This document shows positions 58,868-64,000 of a stretch of DNA of 64,000 nucleotides, one piece after another. The position numbers were made by a program, and so were the translations under genes. Positions within the stretch are counted from its first letter, which is position 1, and every line of letters begins with the position of its first letter. The DNA comes from an uncultured bacterium (lineage in GTDB: Bacteria > Patescibacteriota > Doudnabacteria > UBA920). The notes beneath the pieces were generated by a model that had not been told where the DNA came from, made no database searches, and saw only the letters and a program-made list of their open reading frames with translations. Where the stretch lies: the NCBI GenBank assembly GCA_963749445.1, contig CAVVMJ010000006.1:10979-74978 (forward strand), in the 5' to 3' direction.

Positions 58868-61800
58868 ATGAACAAACTTCTTGAGAACTTAAATGACGAA
58901 CAAAAACAGGCGGTCACGCATGGCGGCGGGCCGCTTTTGATTGTGGCCGGGGCGGGAACGGGGAAGACGACCGTGATAACAAGGCGGATTGCTTATCTGA
59001 TTGAACAGGGTTTGGCAAAACCTGATGAGATTCTGGCGCTGACGTTTACCGACAAAGCGGCCGGGGAAATGCGGGAACGCGCCGATTTATTACTGCCTTT
59101 GGGCTACTACGATATGTGGATTTCCACTTTCCACAGCTTTTGCCAGCGGGTTTTGGAACAGCACGGCCTGGACATTGGTTTACCCGGGGATTTTAAACTG
59201 CTTAACGAAACCCAAGGCTGGATACTTATCCACAACAATCTGAACAAGTTTAATTTGGATTATTACCGGCCTTTGGGCAATCCCAAAAAGTTCATTTCAG
59301 CTTTGCTAAAACATTTTTCGCGATGTAAAGATGAATTGATTACGCCACAAAGCTATCTGGAATATGCGCAGGGTTTGAGGCTGCAAACGGACATCCCAAC
59401 AAGGGCTAAGCGTGTAGGGCTAAGCGCTAAGTCGCAAAACCTTAGCCCTAGCCCCTTAGCCCTTAGCCCTGAAACTGAAATCTCCCGCCTGGAAGAAATC
59501 GCCAACGCTTTCCATGTTTACCAAAAGCTGCTGCTGGACAATAATTTTTTGGATTTTGGAGATCTGATAAATTACACCTTAGACTTGTTCAACAAGCGCC
59601 CCAAAATTTTGCAATTTTATCAGGAAAAATTTAAATACATTTTGGTGGACGAATTCCAGGACACCAATTACGCCCAATACCAGCTGGTAAAACTATTGGC
59701 GGCTGATGACAAAAATCTTGCCGTCGTCGGCGACGACGACCAGTCCATTTATAAATTCCGCGGCGCCTCAGTTTCCAACATTTTAAAATTTAAGGATGAT
59801 TTTCCCCGGCTCAAACAGATTACCCTTACGGAAAATTACCGCAGCGGGCAAAAAATTCTAGACTTGGCCTATGATTTTATCCAGGCCAACAACCCCGACC
59901 GGCTGGAGGTGAAATTAGGCATTAATAAAAGATTGCGTTCAAATAATGTAAAGGCACGCCTCGGCGTGCCTGATAAAAACGGCATGCCACGGCATGCCAC
60001 TACAAGGACAATCGAGGTACTGGAAGGCAAGGATTTAAGCGAAGAATTAAACCTAATCGCAACCACCACCAATCGGCTCAAATCGGAAAATCCCGATTCA
60101 ACCTGGAACGATTTTGCAATACTGCTTCGCAGCAACGCCGCGGCACTGGAAATTTTGCCGGTGCTGTCCCAGCACAACATTCCGCACACCTTTGTGGCCA
60201 ATACCGGCCTATACCAAAAGCCGCTGGTTGCCGATCTCATCGCGTATTTGCGCTGCCTGAATAATTTCCACGATTCCTTCGCGCTTTACCGCGTTCTGTC
60301 TTTTCCGGTCTTTCAATTTCCGTCCCGGGATTTAGCCACACTTTTGGCCAACTCGGATAAAAGAACTTTGTCGCTTTATGAAATGCTCAACGCGGCCAAA
60401 ACTTTGACCGCCATAGGCCAAGGCAGCCAAAAAACAATAGAAACAGTTTTGGCGTCTTTGCATCGGCACGCCAAACTGGCACAGGAGAAATCGGCTAACG
60501 AGGCTTTTGTGGAGATTGCCCGCGATTTGCAAATCCAAAAAATGCTGGAGGCAGACAATCTGGAAAACGCGGAAAACCGCGAACTGTTGGAGCAATTTTA
60601 CAAAAAAATTGAAAGCTTCGTGCAAGAGAACGCCGACAAAAGCCTGCACCATTTTTTGCATCTGCTGGAGCTGGAACAGGAAGCGGGGGACGAAGGGCAG
60701 ATTAAATTTGACCCGAATCTTGGGCCGGAATGCTTAAAAGTCCTGACTGTGCATTCGGCCAAAGGTTTGGAGTTTGAAAACGTCTTCATCCCAAACCTTG
60801 TGGAACAGCGTTTTCCCACCCGGGCCAGGGGCGAGCAAATCGAAATCCCAACCCCGCTGATTAAAGACATTCTACCGGAAGGGGACTTTCATTTGCAGGA
60901 AGAACGAAGACTATTTTACGTCGGCCTGACCCGCGCCAAAAGCCGCCTTTATTTGTCCTGGGGCAAAGATTACGGCGGAGCCAAAACCAAACGCCCATCG
61001 CTTTTTTTGCAGGAAACCAAATTGGTGCCCGGGCCGCACACCACCGAGGCCACCGGCAAGGTAATTTTTTCCCAGCCCGTTAAAAAAACCCAAAGCGATG
61101 TCATGCTGCCGGCTTCTTTTTCCTTTTCCGGCATCAAAGCCTTCCAAACCTGCCCCCTGCAGTATAAGTATCAATATTATCTCAAATTACCCCTGCCCGG
61201 CAGCAGCTACTTCAGCTTCGGACAGACCATGCATAAAGTTTTTGAGTTGTATTTAAAGGATTACCAATCGCGCAAAAATCAAAACCAGCAAGACCTGTTT
61301 GGCAAAAACCCAAAACAAATTGCGCCCGGGGATTTTAAGCTGCTTGAAGAACTTTATGAAAAATATTGGATTGATGAGTGGTATAAAGATAAAAAACAAA
61401 AAGAAGATTACCGAAAAAAAGGCAGGGAAATTTTAAAAATCTTTTATGATTACACCGCCGCCCATCCGCCGCGTCCAAAATATCTGGAGCAGTTTTTCTC
61501 TTTGCCTTTGGGCGGCTATAAATTCGTAGGCAAAATTGACCGGGCCGACGAAAGCCAAGGCGGCTTGGAAATTATCGATTACAAAACCGGCGAAAACATC
61601 CCGGCCAAAAACGACAAGGACGGCTTGGACCAGCTGCACGTTTACCAGTGGGCCGCCGAAGAGTATTTAAAGGAAAAAGTCTCGGGGTTAAATTACTGGT
61701 ATTTGCAAAACCATAAATTTTTGCCCGAACAAACTGCCGACGCCAAAGAGATTAATGGATTGAAAAATCGGCTTTTGGAAACAATTGAACTTATTGTCCA

Positions 61801-61879
61801 AACCGTCAAATCCGATAACTTTAAAAACCTGCACCGGCAGACCCGCGGCCACAACTGCCAGTTTGAAGGCTTGGGATAG
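58868..61879 (+). CDS. UvrD/PcrA-family SF1 helicase fused to a C-terminal PD-(D/E)XK (RecB/Cas4-like) nuclease domain. It carries in-frame insertions at 59401-59470 and 59953-59998.
   Basis: GPLLIVAGAGTGKTTV Walker A, VDEFQDTN, and YRSGQ. C-terminal FQTCPLQYKY, IDYKTG and a terminal Cys/His cluster. Confidence 0.75.
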   Translation: MNKLLENLNDEQKQAVTHGGGPLLIVAGAGTGKTTVITRRIAYLIEQGLAKPDEILALTFTDKAAGEMRERADLLLPLGYYDMWISTFHSFCQRVLEQHGLDIGLPGDFKLLNETQGWILIHNNLNKFNLDYYRPLGNPKKFISALLKHFSRCKDELITPQSYLEYAQGLRLQTDIPTRAKRVGLSAKSQNLSPSPLALSPETEISRLEEIANAFHVYQKLLLDNNFLDFGDLINYTLDLFNKRPKILQFYQEKFKYILVDEFQDTNYAQYQLVKLLAADDKNLAVVGDDDQSIYKFRGASVSNILKFKDDFPRLKQITLTENYRSGQKILDLAYDFIQANNPDRLEVKLGINKRLRSNNVKARLGVPDKNGMPRHATTRTIEVLEGKDLSEELNLIATTTNRLKSENPDSTWNDFAILLRSNAAALEILPVLSQHNIPHTFVANTGLYQKPLVADLIAYLRCLNNFHDSFALYRVLSFPVFQFPSRDLATLLANSDKRTLSLYEMLNAAKTLTAIGQGSQKTIETVLASLHRHAKLAQEKSANEAFVEIARDLQIQKMLEADNLENAENRELLEQFYKKIESFVQENADKSLHHFLHLLELEQEAGDEGQIKFDPNLGPECLKVLTVHSAKGLEFENVFIPNLVEQRFPTRARGEQIEIPTPLIKDILPEGDFHLQEERRLFYVGLTRAKSRLYLSWGKDYGGAKTKRPSLFLQETKLVPGPHTTEATGKVIFSQPVKKTQSDVMLPASFSFSGIKAFQTCPLQYKYQYYLKLPLPGSSYFSFGQTMHKVFELYLKDYQSRKNQNQQDLFGKNPKQIAPGDFKLLEELYEKYWIDEWYKDKKQKEDYRKKGREILKIFYDYTAAHPPRPKYLEQFFSLPLGGYKFVGKIDRADESQGGLEIIDYKTGENIPAKNDKDGLDQLHVYQWAAEEYLKEKVSGLNYWYLQNHKFLPEQTADAKEINGLKNRLLETIELIVQTVKSDNFKNLHRQTRGHNCQFEGLG
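59401..59470. repeat. In-frame insertion of GGGCTAAG / CTTAGCCC repeats in the helicase. A related CTTAGCCCTAACACCTTAGCCCTTAGCCCTGA insert lies in atpG at 50102-50132.
   Basis: AGGGCTAAGCGTGTAGGGCTAAGCGCTAAG..CCTTAGCCCTAGCCCCTTAGCCCTTAGCCCTG. It encodes ..LSPSPLALSP. The atpG insert encodes LSPNTLALSP. Confidence 0.55.
59953..59998. repeat. R3 double-hairpin element, copy in the helicase
   Basis: GGCACGCCTCGGCGTGCCTGATAAAAACGGCATGCCACGGCATGCC. Confidence 0.65.
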
Positions 61880-62116
61880 ATATATTGCCATAAATGACAT
61901 AATTTACCTGCCCGCCAATGCCGTTTGTCATATTTTGAAGGGGATTGATTATTTCATCCGACTTCACTCTTTATCTAAATTGGACAATTGGCGTAGGCAG
62001 GCGGGAATAATTGACAAACTATAATTTATTGATATAGCTGTCATCCCGAGCGAGCAAAGCGAGCCGAGGGATCCCTCACTTCGTTCGGGACGGCCCAAGG
62101 GCCGTTTTGCTCAATT

Positions 62117-62533
62117 ATGCTCAATTTTGTCAATATTGATATTTGTGGTATAATCAAAATGTTGAAATCCGCAAAAGAACAAATCACTTTTATCAGCGCC
62201 TCAATAATTTTGACGGGTTTTGCGCTGGCTGCCATCGTCAATTTTACCGACCCCAAGACCGCCTCCCGCCTTACCCACGTGTTTTTCTACCTTAGCCTCT
62301 TCCTGTTTATTCTGGGGGTATTCACTTTAATCGGCTTGGGGCTCCGCCTGTGGCTGTCGGATAAAATTTACGTCGTCAATTTGGCCGCCAGCTTTCGCCA
62401 GGGTTTACTTTTAGCCCTGCTGACAACCGCTTCCTTTCTGCTTTTGGCGGGCCGTTTGCTGTTTTGGTGGGTGGAGGCCGCCCTGATTCTGTTCTTTTTG
62501 TGCGTTGAAGTTTTTTTGAACCTGAAAATTTGA
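62117..62533 (+). CDS. Membrane protein with four predicted TM helices, hypothetical
   Basis: Hydrophobic 138-aa ORF. Confidence 0.35.
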   Translation: MLNFVNIDICGIIKMLKSAKEQITFISASIILTGFALAAIVNFTDPKTASRLTHVFFYLSLFLFILGVFTLIGLGLRLWLSDKIYVVNLAASFRQGLLLALLTTASFLLLAGRLLFWWVEAALILFFLCVEVFLNLKI

Positions 62534-62550
62534 AGAATTTGTCCGCAATT

Positions 62551-64000
62551 ATGGACCCAAGCCTTTCGGAAAACCAAAAACCAACCAGCGCGGAGCAGCC
62601 AAAACCCGGCAGCAGCCAGGCGCCTTCACGGTATTCCCAGTTCGACCCGCCCAACGCGACCGATGACAGCTACCTATTTTTTAACGTTATGCCTAAAGCC
62701 AATTCCGCCGCGGACAGCCTGGTGCAACCGACCATAAAAGTAGTCGAGCAATCGGGCCAGGAGAAGCCTTCAGGCGGCAAACTGCCGGATTTTATAAAAA
62801 AATACCGGCGGTACATTTTAATTTCGGTAGGTGCTTTGATTTTGCTGGGCATCGGTTATTTCGCCTTTGTCAAACTCACCGCGGTCAAACAGGAAAATAT
62901 CCTAAACAACTCCACGACCAAAACTACCCCGGCGCCGGCCGCGACCAGCAGCAGCCCATCCGTGGTGACCACCTCGGCCGCGTGGCAGCAAAAATACTTT
63001 AACAATTCCGCTTGCCAAGACCCGGCGATTTGCGGCGACGCCGCCGACCCGGACCGCGACGGCCTAACCAATAAGGAAGAATTCGCCCTAGGGACGGATC
63101 CCAACAATCCGGATTCAGACGGCGACGGTTTGGCTGACGGCGACGAAGTCCATGTTTTTGGCAGTAATCCTCTGAGCAACCACACGGGCCATGACCAAAA
63201 ATACACGGACAGCGACTACGTTAAGGGCGGCTACGACTTTAAAACCGACCAAAAACTGACTGCGGACCAGCTGAACCAAATTACCAATAAAATGAAGCAG
63301 TACGGCCTGCACGAACCGACCATTTCCACCCTGGGCAACTTGTTAATCAGCTTGTATAACTTTACCAACTGGACAATCAGCAATCCTGTTTCCGCTTCCT
63401 CCACCGCGAGCAGCACTTTGCCGACGATAGCTTCCACCACCCCGGCTTCCACTTCGCCCTTAAGCGGTCTGGATACCTCTGTTTCAGCCGAACAGGACCG
63501 CGACGCCCAAAGAAGCAGCGCCATCCAAAACATCGGCATGGCTTTGCTAAAATACCACGCCGACACCAACAGCTATCCGCAAACCTCTTCGTTTACCGAT
63601 ATGTATACCGCCGTCAAACCGTACATCAAAGTCGCTACCCGGCCTGACGATCCGGTCAACAAAGACCCGTATGTTTATACCTACCAAGCCAGCCCGGACG
63701 GCAAGGATTTTACGCTGTCCTTTTACAGCGAAGTGGCAGACCAGGTAATTAAAAAGCACGCGGCCGACGCGCAAAAAGACGCTGATAATTTGCAAGCCGG
63801 CATTTACGACGACCAGCGCAAGACCGATTTGGAAATGATTAAAACCGCTTTGCTGCTTTATTCCAACAAAAATGTGGCCGGCAACCAGGTTTACGTTTTC
63901 CCGACCGAAGACAAATACAAAACCGATTTGGTGCCCGAATTTATCCCGCAGCTTCCGAAAGATCCCAAAACCGGCGATGATTATGAATACGCCGTGTCCG
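62551..64000 (+). CDS. Large secreted or anchored protein. The 3' end runs off the window. It has an N-terminal TM anchor, thrombospondin type-3-like Ca-binding repeats and two pilin-like globular domains.
   Basis: Frame open from the ATG at 62551 to the window end. DPDRDGLTNKEEFALGTDPNNPDSDGDGLADGDE, RDAQRSSAIQNIGMALLKYHADTNSYP, and RKTDLEMIKTALLLYSNKNVAGNQVYVFP..FIPQLPKDP. Confidence 0.5.
   Translation, partial: MDPSLSENQKPTSAEQPKPGSSQAPSRYSQFDPPNATDDSYLFFNVMPKANSAADSLVQPTIKVVEQSGQEKPSGGKLPDFIKKYRRYILISVGALILLGIGYFAFVKLTAVKQENILNNSTTKTTPAPAATSSSPSVVTTSAAWQQKYFNNSACQDPAICGDAADPDRDGLTNKEEFALGTDPNNPDSDGDGLADGDEVHVFGSNPLSNHTGHDQKYTDSDYVKGGYDFKTDQKLTADQLNQITNKMKQYGLHEPTISTLGNLLISLYNFTNWTISNPVSASSTASSTLPTIASTTPASTSPLSGLDTSVSAEQDRDAQRSSAIQNIGMALLKYHADTNSYPQTSSFTDMYTAVKPYIKVATRPDDPVNKDPYVYTYQASPDGKDFTLSFYSEVADQVIKKHAADAQKDADNLQAGIYDDQRKTDLEMIKTALLLYSNKNVAGNQVYVFPTEDKYKTDLVPEFIPQLPKDPKTGDDYEYAVS

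Overview
This 64 kb window looks like a small-genome, Patescibacteria/CPR-like bacterium. That assignment is inferred from gene content only.

The backbone is cell-envelope and division genes: dacA-like, mraY, murD, ftsW, a DUF4012 gene, murJ, lepA, ftsB-like, a parvulin, murI. After those come a tRNA-Thr, then atpZ-atpBEFHAGDC, then a CCA-enzyme gene, three tRNAs (Asp, Met, fMet), rmuC and a UvrD-family helicase fused to a nuclease.

Accessory content:
- A TasA-like/SipW/lamin-tail-domain secreted-protein cluster at 1.1-6.4 kb.
- A membrane protein plus a TraD/VirD4-like coupling ATPase at 7.9-11.2 kb.
- A modular toxin-antitoxin cassette island (MNT/HepT x2, HigBA) at 11.5-14.9 kb. It ends in an IS200-like Y1 (HuH) transposase with terminal inverted repeats and REP-like satellites.
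- A GC-rich stretch at 16.7-22.4 kb encoding an IPT-domain protein and a 1365-aa cysteine-rich surface protein.
- Two large secreted proteins carrying helix-less pilin-like globular domains.
- HicAB and PIN toxin-antitoxin candidates.
- Four-helix-bundle and GxxExxY mini-genes, each flanked by its own inverted repeats.

The most unusual property is the density of short GC-rich palindromic elements. At least six sequence families are present. Several are inserted in frame into essential genes (murD x3, murI, lepA, atpD, atpG, the helicase), much like Rickettsia palindromic elements.

A 130-140-nt multi-hairpin composite element has five copies, two of them inside atpG and atpD. The ATP synthase operon is also interrupted by four small unrelated ORFs.

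Many genes carry +1/-1 frameshifts (the T4CP, murD, ftsW, murJ, lepA, atpG). Most sit at homopolymer runs, so they probably reflect sequence error rather than decay.

No rRNA or CRISPR array was found.
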